A DNA stretch of 64,000 nucleotides. Origin: a virus. The stretch spans positions 1-64,000 of IMG/VR virus record IMGVR_UViG_3300021181_000006, one strand, 5' to 3'. The notes below the pieces were generated by a model. It did no database searches. It saw only the letters and a list, made by a program, of their open reading frames with translations, and was not told where the DNA came from. The position numbers and the translations under genes are program-made. How positions within the stretch are numbered: the stretch's first letter is position 1; every line of letters starts with the position of its first letter. Shown in pieces: positions 26,750-36,022 of this stretch.

Positions 26750-28508
26750 TTTTATGTTTAAAGTATTCGATCTGCCCTAAGCGCTTAGCAGCTTCTGCCT
26801 TGCTCGCGTAACCTCTCGATAACTTCTTCCCTTTTTCAGAATGAACAAAATACTGACCGTTCTCTTCTTTAATAAATGCAGTCTTGGTCATGCCCTGCTT
26901 TTTCTTACGTTTAAACTTATGACGGTGATCCCAAGCATAGCCACCGATATCAGAGGCTGTTTCTAGAAGATCATCATGCATAGAACGACGTGAAGCAGTC
27001 TTGGTGATGGTTCTCTTAATAGCATTTTTTATTTTGCTTATATGTCCCATGGCTTGATCAGCGAGCATCTTACCGCCAATCTTATAAGCGTTTAATGCTT
27101 CCTTACCTGTCATAGTATCTGGTAAGGCGCTTGCAGTTTGACCAAGAACGTGGAGAACACTAGCAGTCTTAACACCTGAGTAATCTTCATGTAAAGCCAA
27201 GAACGAAGGCGCTCTGAGGCTTCGTGATGTATGTTCGCCCATAGATCTCACTCTAGCAATTCTATTAATATAGGAATCTGGATTCTCTAACATATCTTTA
27301 CGTATTTCGTCAGAGAATCCAGTCCCGACTTTACCGACTATTGTATCTGAACCAACATGGGCATATTCAAACCCTCCTGCGTGTGAACCTGTATATTTAC
27401 CTTCACCTGAGAATATCCTCTTAATTACTACATCCGTTTCGGGTAACACCTTAACTTTCGACGGTCTACCTCCGCCCAATTCATTCTTGGGCCAAGCTAT
27501 AATGCCTTCATGAGTCAATGGATTAGTCTGATCGACGATACTATTCCATAAACGGTGGGCATTGTCACTTGTTCCTGCACTGAGTGGCAAGACGAAATTC
27601 TTTGGAAGATACTTGATCACTTTACTGAGCTGTTCTGGATCATGAACTCCATTAACAGCAAAAATTGCATTTTTAAGTTTTATACCTCGGTCAGTTTGTG
27701 TTTTAAGAGATTTTTCAACAGAAGAGTTTAGTAATCCACCTAATTCGTGTGGTGGTATAGCCTTGCCATCTTTCACGCCGAATGTCTCACCCTGCAAGAT
27801 AGTACCAACCAACTCAGGAGGTAAAGTGTCTAGCGGCTTTACACCTGTCAGCCCTATTCTCTGAGTATGGATTATTGGTCCACCAGACGCAGACTCACGA
27901 TGCGAGATAGCCTCTATTTTATCTTTATAGAGCTTAAATAACTGGTAAGCACCATCGATTTTTTCCTGCACATCATGTGTTCCTGATAACAAAGTTTCTA
28001 CTTTGTTAGCAGGAACACTGACCATCTTGATCTTATCTGGCTTTTTCTGTCCCAAGAACTTATCGGTATCCTTGGGAGTCGTATTAATCATGAGCCAGTT
28101 CTTATCACCAGTAGGAACCATGGTGAAGTATTCTGGATTCTTCTTGTGCGTGATGACGAAATTGATCTTTTCATCACTGACATGAGTCAGTAGAACAGAT
28201 CCTTTATCTTTGGTCTTTACGGTTCCTGCGCCATAACCCGTAGGGATAGTGCCTTGGAAATCTGCATACTCAGAAGTATGGAGTGGCTGACGCACTGCTA
28301 AACGTTTCTCACCAGGAGCTGGAACGCCTTTACGGCTAGCCCAGGAGTAAAGACCTAATTCTGGATTGCCGAAGCGTATGTCACTATGTAAACCAGCTTT
28401 ATTCGCTTGATGGTCTTGAACTACGTACTGAAGAAGTTTACCTACAGGTAACTTCTTCAGATCACCTACATTATCTTTATCTGGTAATCCTGGCGCAAAT
28501 TCACTCAT
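26742..28508 (-). CDS. LigD-type 3'-phosphoesterase fused to ATP-dependent DNA ligase, with KTA-motif C-terminal tail
   Basis: VVQDH...HSDIRF...SRKG...KRLAV...HTSEY (PE); EKIDG motif I; HEGII motif IV; KVGTGFSD...RAPSF OB-fold. Confidence 0.85.
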   Translation of the reverse strand: MSEFAPGLPDKDNVGDLKKLPVGKLLQYVVQDHQANKAGLHSDIRFGNPELGLYSWASRKGVPAPGEKRLAVRQPLHTSEYADFQGTIPTGYGAGTVKTKDKGSVLLTHVSDEKINFVITHKKNPEYFTMVPTGDKNWLMINTTPKDTDKFLGQKKPDKIKMVSVPANKVETLLSGTHDVQEKIDGAYQLFKLYKDKIEAISHRESASGGPIIHTQRIGLTGVKPLDTLPPELVGTILQGETFGVKDGKAIPPHELGGLLNSSVEKSLKTQTDRGIKLKNAIFAVNGVHDPEQLSKVIKYLPKNFVLPLSAGTSDNAHRLWNSIVDQTNPLTHEGIIAWPKNELGGGRPSKVKVLPETDVVIKRIFSGEGKYTGSHAGGFEYAHVGSDTIVGKVGTGFSDEIRKDMLENPDSYINRIARVRSMGEHTSRSLRAPSFLALHEDYSGVKTASVLHVLGQTASALPDTMTGKEALNAYKIGGKMLADQAMGHISKIKNAIKRTITKTASRRSMHDDLLETASDIGGYAWDHRHKFKRKKKQGMTKTAFIKEENGQYFVHSEKGKKLSRGYASKAEAAKRLGQIEYFKHKNA

Positions 28509-28523
28509 GACAATCTCATTATA

Positions 28524-28949
28524 GTGGGATGGTATAAGGAAGATAAGGAGTCAGATGCTGTGGAGATTACGGGCAAAATCAACATCATACCTATTCAGAG
28601 TATCCTGGTGCAGGACACTCTGAAAGAAAAATATACATCTCAGTTTGTTTTCAATACAACGGCATATATGGGGAATGGCGAATACTCATATGACGAGATT
28701 GTCATAGATTCGCCGGAAGAAGCCGTTGAACTTCTGACTTTACTGGCTGATGCCTTAAAGTTTGATTCGAAGGCGACCTATAGCCAGCAACCGACTCTGA
28801 AACACTGGCAGAAGTATCTTGCAGCATTTCCATGCATAAACTCACCTAGTGATTATGCGCCTCTCGTTTATGCTGAAGCCTTCTATTATGATAAATTCTC
28901 AAGAAAACGTGATATTTCTATCATTTACAAGGATCCATCCCATGCGTAG
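28524..28949 (+). CDS. Hypothetical protein
   Basis: 141-aa ORF, start uncertain. Confidence 0.45.
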   Translation: MGWYKEDKESDAVEITGKINIIPIQSILVQDTLKEKYTSQFVFNTTAYMGNGEYSYDEIVIDSPEEAVELLTLLADALKFDSKATYSQQPTLKHWQKYLAAFPCINSPSDYAPLVYAEAFYYDKFSRKRDISIIYKDPSHA

Positions 28950-29112
28950 TTTCCTAGCAGACCTTGTAAAAGAGGTCTCTTCAAAAGTCACCAAAGCATC
29001 CATTAAACCAGTCGTTCAGCGAGATACACGCGCTGAACTCACCAAACAAGGAAAGAAACCCCATGCCATCAAAGCAAAAACCAATCGTTCTCGAACTCCA
29101 AATACCGAATGA
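28942..29112 (+). CDS. Small basic protein (56 aa)
   Basis: AAGGA RBS before ATG 28942. Confidence 0.35.
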   Translation: MRSFLADLVKEVSSKVTKASIKPVVQRDTRAELTKQGKKPHAIKAKTNRSRTPNTE

Positions 29113-29755
29113 TGGATCTGTCTCTGACCAGGAAGCTGGTCACATGCTCAAGATTCTCATTCATGATATCGAGGAGCAAGCACATACTCTGCGTGATACA
29201 GCTAAAGCTCTTCTGAAGAATGCCGAGGAAGAAGCATGCTCATATTATCAGGAGTGGTTACACCTGGTGATAGAAGAGGTCAAGACTCGCGTAGGCTTAC
29301 ATCATATATTAGCAGTTGCTGGTTTTGAGTTAGAAGATCAGCATATAGAGGTTAGGATTAGTGATAGAGATGATGATATGCATAGTTACATGTCGCTTGT
29401 TATGGGAATGCCAATAAAGACAAGAAGCCAAAAAGATAGAAGTGACCATATACCATACGTGGTATTTATTAATCATCGTGGGCGTGAAGATGATAAACGA
29501 GATCCTGATCGAGCTATTAGCATGTCCTTAAAAGGATATTTACTGGTCACTGCCTTATCTCCAGATATGAGACTCAGCCATGATACCTATACACAGCTGC
29601 TGAAGAATCGTGAAGAAGCTAAAAAATCAGTAAGGACTGCCGAGAAGCAAGTAGACGATCTCCCTCGTGCCATTCGCAAAGCTGAAGCCAAGTTCGCTGA
29701 ACATCTCCTCAAGAAGACAAAATCAGGACAAGACCTCCTATCCTTAAAAGGATAA
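29063..29755 (+). CDS. Hypothetical protein with coiled-coil ends
   Basis: 230-aa ORF, AAGGA RBS. Confidence 0.65.
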   Translation: MPSKQKPIVLELQIPNDGSVSDQEAGHMLKILIHDIEEQAHTLRDTAKALLKNAEEEACSYYQEWLHLVIEEVKTRVGLHHILAVAGFELEDQHIEVRISDRDDDMHSYMSLVMGMPIKTRSQKDRSDHIPYVVFINHRGREDDKRDPDRAISMSLKGYLLVTALSPDMRLSHDTYTQLLKNREEAKKSVRTAEKQVDDLPRAIRKAEAKFAEHLLKKTKSGQDLLSLKG

Positions 29756-29761
29756 CTCATT

Positions 29762-29893
29762 ATGGGTAAGTATCAAAACACGTACTCTAACCGCAATCTG
29801 CGTGTTAATCCTCAGCGATTACACCTGATGCATTATCGAGAGTCGAGACAAAAATCTCGTACTCAGCCGATGAAGAAAGCTGCGTCAAAATAA
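29762..29893 (+). CDS. Small basic protein (43 aa, not in ORF track)
   Basis: MGKYQNTYSNRNLRVNPQRLHLMHYRESRQKSRTQPMKKAASK; AAGGA upstream. Confidence 0.35.
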   Translation: MGKYQNTYSNRNLRVNPQRLHLMHYRESRQKSRTQPMKKAASK

Positions 29894-29896
29894 AAT

Positions 29897-29926
29897 AAAT
29901 AGAGACACTTAATTGTGTCTCTATTT
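29897..29926. terminator. Hairpin/terminator
   Basis: AAATAGAGACAC/GTGTCTCTATTT 12-bp stem. Confidence 0.65.
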
Positions 29927-29952
29927 AGGTATAAGTTATTTATAGGAGAGTT

Positions 29953-30444
29953 ATGCGTGTACATACTACAGAGGATGACTTTAATCCTCAAATACAATTT
30001 TTAGAAATAACTCATAAAGGTGCCGTCGCTGCAGGATCTATAATAAGATCAGGTAAAAATGGCGATTATATTTCTGCTGCTGATGCAGTAGAGCAGTCTG
30101 TATATGAAATGGCTCATGATGTATCACATAGATATCAACTACGAAAAATATCTATTTTAGAACAGTTAGTAGTTCCAGAACAGTTACGTGGGCAAGGTAT
30201 AGGCACAAGACTAGTTAAGCATTTCATAGCGATACAAAGAATACAGAAGGTACAGATTATTCTATTACGGGCCAACCCACCAGATAAACAAGATTTTGAT
30301 CGTTTAATTAAATTTTATAAGTCATTAGGGTTTACAGTGCCAGATGATACTAAACCTGCACAAATGGAACAAATCTTACAGAAAAAAATAATCATTCAAA
30401 AAAAAGACTACATAAATGATATAGAGGCTCTTTACACTGTATGA
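29953..30444 (+). CDS. GNAT-family acetyltransferase
   Basis: LVVPEQLRGQGIGTRLV motif A; LIKFYKSLGF. Confidence 0.85.
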   Translation: MRVHTTEDDFNPQIQFLEITHKGAVAAGSIIRSGKNGDYISAADAVEQSVYEMAHDVSHRYQLRKISILEQLVVPEQLRGQGIGTRLVKHFIAIQRIQKVQIILLRANPPDKQDFDRLIKFYKSLGFTVPDDTKPAQMEQILQKKIIIQKKDYINDIEALYTV

Positions 30445-30447
30445 AAA

Positions 30448-30480
30448 TAAAAGAAAACGCAATATATGCGTTTTCTTTTA
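30448..30480. terminator. Bidirectional terminator
   Basis: TAAAAGAAAACGCA-ATATA-TGCGTTTTCTTTTA. Confidence 0.85.
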
Positions 30481-30484
30481 GATA

Positions 30485-30661
30485 TTAAGCATTTACACCA
30501 AGTTTTTGTAACCGATGTACACGATTTTCAGCCTCTTGCTGAGTAAAGTATCCACGAGATACTGGCTTATTGTCAGTATCGCTATAAACAAAGAAGCGAC
30601 CTTTTTGCTCTTTAATATGAGCAACTTTCTCGATAGCTTTACTGATCTGATCGAGGCGCAT
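30485..30661 (-). CDS. 58-aa protein (not in ORF track) homologous to the ligase C-terminal domain
   Basis: MRLDQISKAIEKVAHIKEQKGRFFVYSDTDNKPVSRGYFTQQEAENRVHRLQKLGVNA. Confidence 0.7.
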   Translation of the reverse strand: MRLDQISKAIEKVAHIKEQKGRFFVYSDTDNKPVSRGYFTQQEAENRVHRLQKLGVNA

Positions 30662-31322
30662 TTTTAGGTCCTAAGAAATACTGTTGTACGGTTGATTCTA
30701 AACGCATTCCATCGATAGGATTACCGAAAGAATCCTTACGGATGATATTGGGATAGTCGTAACTAGCAAGATCGATAAAATTCACGACACGAAGTTTAGG
30801 AGAAGTAAACGTCTTTACTTCATGATTATTACGTATGAGCTGATAGACCTGACCTGGCATAGTATTCACACGCCAGTGTCCAAAAGCATCCGTTAACTCA
30901 ATGACTGAACTTATAAGACGACTCTTAATAATGAAGTCGTCATACTGGAGTAACTGAATTTCTTGTCCATTAAGTGGCATACCAACGCCATCAGTAATCC
31001 GACCATAGATGAGACAGAAATTATCATTGGTATTAACCAATTGATCTTTCCATACAAAATCATGCCGCTTTACTTGCTCAACATTACCAATAGGGAAATA
31101 GGTCCAGAAGATCGAATACGTATCACCAGGAATAAGTTGATTCATCTCAAATTCAACGAAATACCGTCCACGAGATGCACGAACTGGATCTCCTTGTAAG
31201 AAAACAGACCCAGCTTCATCACGTAGTACGACCTGAATAGACATAGGATCAATGAGATTATTTGTCTCTTGATTGCCGATCCATTCAATCCGCCAGAACT
31301 CTTGTGAGAATCTAAAAATCAT
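30639..31322 (-). CDS. Hypothetical virion-module protein
   Basis: 227 aa, beta-sandwich-like. Confidence 0.6.
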   Translation of the reverse strand: MIFRFSQEFWRIEWIGNQETNNLIDPMSIQVVLRDEAGSVFLQGDPVRASRGRYFVEFEMNQLIPGDTYSIFWTYFPIGNVEQVKRHDFVWKDQLVNTNDNFCLIYGRITDGVGMPLNGQEIQLLQYDDFIIKSRLISSVIELTDAFGHWRVNTMPGQVYQLIRNNHEVKTFTSPKLRVVNFIDLASYDYPNIIRKDSFGNPIDGMRLESTVQQYFLGPKNAPRSDQ

Positions 31323-31546
31323 TTCTTCATAGCTTTCAGGTATTCAGGAAGCATCTCGGAATAGGAATTATATCCTTCACCGACTGGTTTGTAATGTCCT
31401 TTATAGACGTAATACTTACCATTATGCTTACGGAAGGTATGACTATGAAACGAATTATCATCATGATCCACCATGGGAGTCATGGCTGGTTCAGCAGTAG
31501 TATTCGTAGCCAATGCGTCGGCAATTTTCTCTAAATTGGACTTCAT
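31319..31546 (-). CDS. Small EKIA-motif protein
   Basis: MKSNLEKIADA...FRKHNGKYYVY...GEGYNSY. Confidence 0.6.
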   Translation of the reverse strand: MKSNLEKIADALATNTTAEPAMTPMVDHDDNSFHSHTFRKHNGKYYVYKGHYKPVGEGYNSYSEMLPEYLKAMKK

Positions 31547-32070
31547 GGCTCAGGTCTCCGTGGAATGTAATAACCATACTTGGTGAGGTCCTTATAGTCC
31601 ACTGCGCTCATATTCGGCACTTGGAACCATAGGACTTTATCGTCTGGCTCAATCCACAGCTTTGGCTTACAGCCTGGCTGAAGATAGAAGAAGAAGTTCC
31701 CGAGGCTCGTAGCAGCCTTGCTGATAGTATTTTCACCAACTTCAACAGTAATAGTAGCTAGTATACGCGCAGAACCATCAAACTGCTTCACGCAGCCGCC
31801 AACACGGCAGAGTCCACTCGTAGGACGAATTACAAGATCCATATCCTCGTAAGAGCAGATAACCGTATTGGCCTTATCAACACCAAATACACGATAACGG
31901 TCAGTCAGCTGACCATCGATTTCACCGATACCACCTGGGCAGTCGAGACTTTGAGCCCCAGTAGTCAGGTTATAGAGACGCCACGTCCATACTGGTCCTG
32001 GACCTACGAAGCCAAGTTGCTGCTCTTCGAGGTTGTTATGATATGGCCATTCTACAATGTTCTGTGGCAT
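31543..32070 (-). CDS. Hypothetical virion-module protein
   Basis: 175 aa, coupled. Confidence 0.55.
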   Translation of the reverse strand: MPQNIVEWPYHNNLEEQQLGFVGPGPVWTWRLYNLTTGAQSLDCPGGIGEIDGQLTDRYRVFGVDKANTVICSYEDMDLVIRPTSGLCRVGGCVKQFDGSARILATITVEVGENTISKAATSLGNFFFYLQPGCKPKLWIEPDDKVLWFQVPNMSAVDYKDLTKYGYYIPRRPEP

Positions 32071-32075
32071 GTCGA

Positions 32076-32435
32076 TTAGGTCGTTGTGGTCTTCACGGTG
32101 CTATAGGTATCGCTATTCTCACGTACAGTGGTCATAGCGGTAGCTAAGCTCGTATTAATTCCAGCAGCATAGGCAATCGCTTTAGTCTCTGCCTGAGAAT
32201 CGACATTACCATCAAATAACTGCGTCCAACCTGTTCCAGCACGTAATCCACGGAAGTTGTTTGGCAGCGTAAACAAGAGACTCGGAGACATGCCAATGGT
32301 ATAAATCGCTCCACCATAGTTTACCTCAGGATCACCGTACTTGTTCAGTAACAGGTTATCTGCATCGGTAAACGTTAAATCAAATCTCACGGAATAAACA
32401 TTGTTCGTGATAACTTGTGTAGTCTTGACATCCAT
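32076..32435 (-). CDS. Hypothetical virion-module protein
   Basis: 119 aa, GAGG RBS. Confidence 0.6.
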   Translation of the reverse strand: MDVKTTQVITNNVYSVRFDLTFTDADNLLLNKYGDPEVNYGGAIYTIGMSPSLLFTLPNNFRGLRAGTGWTQLFDGNVDSQAETKAIAYAAGINTSLATAMTTVRENSDTYSTVKTTTT

Positions 32436-32460
32436 GGTTCAGTTCCTCGAATCAGTATAA

Positions 32461-34998
32461 TTATCGGCCAACAATAGTTAAGAGAGCGTATCCATTACCA
32501 CCATTACCGCCCTGATCTCCTCCACCACCACCGGAACCTTTAGTTCCAGGTACCGCTGGCGTTGGACCTGTTGAATTCGATCCACGGCCACCCATAGCAA
32601 GAGCAGATGCGCCACCAAAGTTTGACGCATGTACGGTATTCGTACCTGCGAATCCATTAGTGCCTGTAATCCCAGCGGGGAAATCGGATTGTACAGTGGA
32701 AGTACCGTCAAAGGAGGTATAGGTAACATTGCCACCTACGCCGAAGAACGATCCTGTATTTATAGCGCCAGTACCACCATTCAGTGTTAGGCTTAAATTT
32801 TCTGACCCAGCAGAAGTAATCACTACAGTAGTTGCAGTACCATTAGTACCATTAGCGCTACTGCCACCAAGACCACCATTACCCATAGTGATAGCGATGG
32901 AATCACCATTTGCTAAAGCGATAGGCAGATTCACTATCGCACCGCCACCGCCACCGGAGCCACCATGATGGTCATCAGATGCACCACCGCCACCAGCGCC
33001 AACTGCGGTGAGCATAACTAATACATTACTAGTAGCGTTATATGTATTCGAAGCGTTATACTCTATCACTTCCGTGAGCGCTGATTGTACAAAGGCAGTT
33101 GTTGCTACCTGAGTTGTATTAGTGCCTGGAGCTGCTGTTGGAGCTGTAGGAGTACCAGTGAGAGCTGGACTGGCTAAAGGTGCTAAAGTAGGCAATGTAC
33201 TATTAATAGTAGCAACAGCTGTAGTGAGCGTGCTATCAGCACTCGCTCTAGCAGCAGCTTCTGCGTTTAATTCAGTAACACGTACCGCATTAGTTCCAGA
33301 CACTGGAACCGAAGTAATATCAACTGCAGTGGGAGTTATTGTAACCGTATGCGTACTATCTGTCAGTACAGCATGAACATTGGTAATATTGGTGCTATTA
33401 GAACCAGCAGTTAATGATACTAAATTGGCATGAGATGTATTAGTATTCGTTCCATCCGTAGTCACTGTACCCGTAGGTGTAGTAACCGTGGAATTACTTC
33501 CAGCATCTACCGCAGTAATGGCTGTACTGGTTACTGAGATGGACGCTCCAGCAGGAACGCTATTTCTTACAGAATCATTCGATGAGTACGTATGAGTACC
33601 TGTGATAACGTCAGTGCCACGTGATGTATATTTATTACGTAATTGCTCAATAGCATCAAGGAACGTGAGATTAGTACCAGACCAATCCGATCCTGATGGA
33701 TTTGTGAGAGAGAATACCTGCAGCGTCACTGTCGAGGCATTAATATCCTGCCGCATCGAGTGGCTACTGATATAGGTAAAGCCTAAACGAGAACTAATAA
33801 AAGCAATGGCTTGGTCTAAGATTGAAAGCGCTTTGTTATGCGAATCTCCAGTATTACTGGAGTTGACATAAAATACATTGCCATTCTGAATGACGAAGTC
33901 AGACCCATTATACGCCACTGGATTACCAGACTGTCCAAGAGCGACAATGTCAGCAACTTCAGTGAGTGTCTGGTTATAAGCAACTAAGCTGGATTCGCCA
34001 ATACGATCCACGATCAAACGTAAGAAAGTGTCTAAGCGTTGGAATGACTCACGCAGAGGTCTTCCATCTCGTAAAAAGGATGTGAAGCGGTAATTCGAGT
34101 AGTTGGTATCTGTAGTCTCAAAGGTTCCATAGATTGGATGGACTGACGGAGTACCAGCTTGCCCAGAACTGAAAGCAGGATGTGTATTTAGCCCAAAAGT
34201 TTGATCCGTAGGCGTCATAGTATACGTGACGTTTGTAGGACTATTGTTATCGTTTTCAATCAATGGCTCAAAGATATTGACGCCCATCAGGTCGTTCATA
34301 TTCTCGAAAAGATTCTTATAACGATAGACATCAACACCAGTCGAAGGATTACCAGATCCATCGCTTAAGAATGGAGGTAATGCAGCGGTACTTACTCCAT
34401 ATACTTCTTGGATACGAATCTTAAGAATAGGTGTAATATTATTTAAGACAGAGTTTGCATTCTGCCAAGCCTGCTTCGTAGGACCTGATACCGTGCCATC
34501 TCCACCTGGATTTTGCTCATATAACTCGTTATATGCTTGACGATCAGGATCAGGAAGTAACACACCAGTGCCAACTGGCTGCAGCGTGAGCATATCTAAC
34601 TCTAAGAGATAGTATGCTGGAGTCTGATCTTGCTGAGATACACGAACTTCAATAGCGACTAACTTAGGAGCAATAGTCGTAGTCGAAGCGATATAATTGT
34701 GTTGGATACCAATAATGATGTTCTTAGGATATGGAAAATCACTCACTGGCATCTTTCCGCCAGGATTGATACCATTAATCGTAAAGCTTACTGGATCATT
34801 AAAGAACAGTTTGACGCCATCTTGCGTGACAATAGCACCAGGTCCCAGATTAATCTGGTTACGATTAGTCGTAGGAAAACTATAGTCGAAGCCAAATACG
34901 ACGTGACCACGCTGCCAACCAGCATCGTCCTTTACCAACTCATTGAGAAGTAGCGTAGAGCGCTGATCTCGATAGGAAAATGTGGCCTGGTCAACCAT
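32461..34998 (-). CDS. Tail fibre protein with Gly-rich C-terminal domain
   Basis: LASPALTGTPTAPTAAPGTNTTQVATTAFVQ fibre motif; AVGAGGGG...GGSGGGGG...GGNGYALL. Confidence 0.75.
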   Translation of the reverse strand: MVDQATFSYRDQRSTLLLNELVKDDAGWQRGHVVFGFDYSFPTTNRNQINLGPGAIVTQDGVKLFFNDPVSFTINGINPGGKMPVSDFPYPKNIIIGIQHNYIASTTTIAPKLVAIEVRVSQQDQTPAYYLLELDMLTLQPVGTGVLLPDPDRQAYNELYEQNPGGDGTVSGPTKQAWQNANSVLNNITPILKIRIQEVYGVSTAALPPFLSDGSGNPSTGVDVYRYKNLFENMNDLMGVNIFEPLIENDNNSPTNVTYTMTPTDQTFGLNTHPAFSSGQAGTPSVHPIYGTFETTDTNYSNYRFTSFLRDGRPLRESFQRLDTFLRLIVDRIGESSLVAYNQTLTEVADIVALGQSGNPVAYNGSDFVIQNGNVFYVNSSNTGDSHNKALSILDQAIAFISSRLGFTYISSHSMRQDINASTVTLQVFSLTNPSGSDWSGTNLTFLDAIEQLRNKYTSRGTDVITGTHTYSSNDSVRNSVPAGASISVTSTAITAVDAGSNSTVTTPTGTVTTDGTNTNTSHANLVSLTAGSNSTNITNVHAVLTDSTHTVTITPTAVDITSVPVSGTNAVRVTELNAEAAARASADSTLTTAVATINSTLPTLAPLASPALTGTPTAPTAAPGTNTTQVATTAFVQSALTEVIEYNASNTYNATSNVLVMLTAVGAGGGGASDDHHGGSGGGGGAIVNLPIALANGDSIAITMGNGGLGGSSANGTNGTATTVVITSAGSENLSLTLNGGTGAINTGSFFGVGGNVTYTSFDGTSTVQSDFPAGITGTNGFAGTNTVHASNFGGASALAMGGRGSNSTGPTPAVPGTKGSGGGGGDQGGNGGNGYALLTIVGR

Positions 34999-35249
34999 TA
35001 GTGCAGTCCTTTGAACCCATTACGCATATAAGGTACTGCGAGGGCTCCTAATCCGCCGACTTCTAAGCCATCCTTGGCTTTATCATTCATATCTTTACCG
35101 GTAGTCAGTTTATAAGCTGAAGGCGCAGCGAGTGCTCCTAAAGCCCCTACTTCACGAATATTAGATGCCTTACCACCCATGGAAAAGGCATCTCCGATGA
35201 TACCAGATGTCTTTTCGATAGCTGATGCGATTTTTTCGATATTGTTCAC
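34998..35249 (-). CDS. Small EKIA-motif protein
   Basis: MNNIEKIASAIEKTS; internal EVGALGALAAP/EVGGLGALAVP repeat. Confidence 0.6.
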   Translation of the reverse strand: MNNIEKIASAIEKTSGIIGDAFSMGGKASNIREVGALGALAAPSAYKLTTGKDMNDKAKDGLEVGGLGALAVPYMRNGFKGLH

Positions 35250-35486
35250 TTATTCGCCTTTTCTTTTACTGCGTAATGCACCTACTGCACCAATTAATCC
35301 AGCACCGATTAACGCTCCATGTAGACTAGTTTTACTTGGGAATTTAGTTTTCCCATGAGTAACTAACTCAGAGGCATGATTAGCCACTGCACCAGCTATA
35401 GAGCCTATGCCAGCACCAATCGCCGTATTTTTAGCACGTCTCTTCACTTCTGAAGTGGCTTTAGCGATTTTTTCGATATTGTTCAT
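35250..35486 (-). CDS. Small EKIA-motif protein with Gly-zipper segments
   Basis: MNNIEKIAKA; AIGAGIGSIAGA and ALIGAGLIGAVGA. Confidence 0.6.
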   Translation of the reverse strand: MNNIEKIAKATSEVKRRAKNTAIGAGIGSIAGAVANHASELVTHGKTKFPSKTSLHGALIGAGLIGAVGALRSKRKGE

Positions 35487-35548
35487 GCGTTACCTGACAA
35501 TGGCTTCAGGTAGTGTAACTAAAAATAAAGCCCGGACAATCGGTCTCT

Positions 35549-36022
35549 TTAGAAGGAGATTTCCCACCGAATAGAAAGTGTCGTACCAGCAGGCTTCTGA
35601 ATGGCACCAAACGTAGCCCGTGACCAGAGATAGCCGCCTTGACTGAATAGACCAGCTTCGTCAAAAGTGATAGCAGTAGCGATAGGAATAATACCTGTCC
35701 ATACCACTACGCTACCAAATGCACTTAAATCTGATGCATCTTGCACGTAAGGGCGCGGATCAATACTTGGACCAATAGCAATAGAAAGTAATGGATTAAC
35801 TAACCCAGTTTGAGTTACTAATACGGTCTGAGGAGTAGCATCACCAGTGAATCCGATATTCATAGATGCTAAGAAGTCCGAGCTAGGACCACCAATGAGC
35901 GATGCTGCCTTGATAGTTCTTGAAGAGTTTACGATCTCATTGTGAGTAGATACCACAATCTTGCCATCCAGAATAATCTGTATAGCTCCATGCTCACGAC
36001 GATCCTGATCAAATAATTTCAT
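35549..36022 (-). CDS. Baseplate/tail-fibre attachment protein
   Basis: TFDEAGLFSQGGYLWSRATFGAIQKPAG...IRWEISF motif. Confidence 0.65.
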   Translation of the reverse strand: MKLFDQDRREHGAIQIILDGKIVVSTHNEIVNSSRTIKAASLIGGPSSDFLASMNIGFTGDATPQTVLVTQTGLVNPLLSIAIGPSIDPRPYVQDASDLSAFGSVVVWTGIIPIATAITFDEAGLFSQGGYLWSRATFGAIQKPAGTTLSIRWEISF

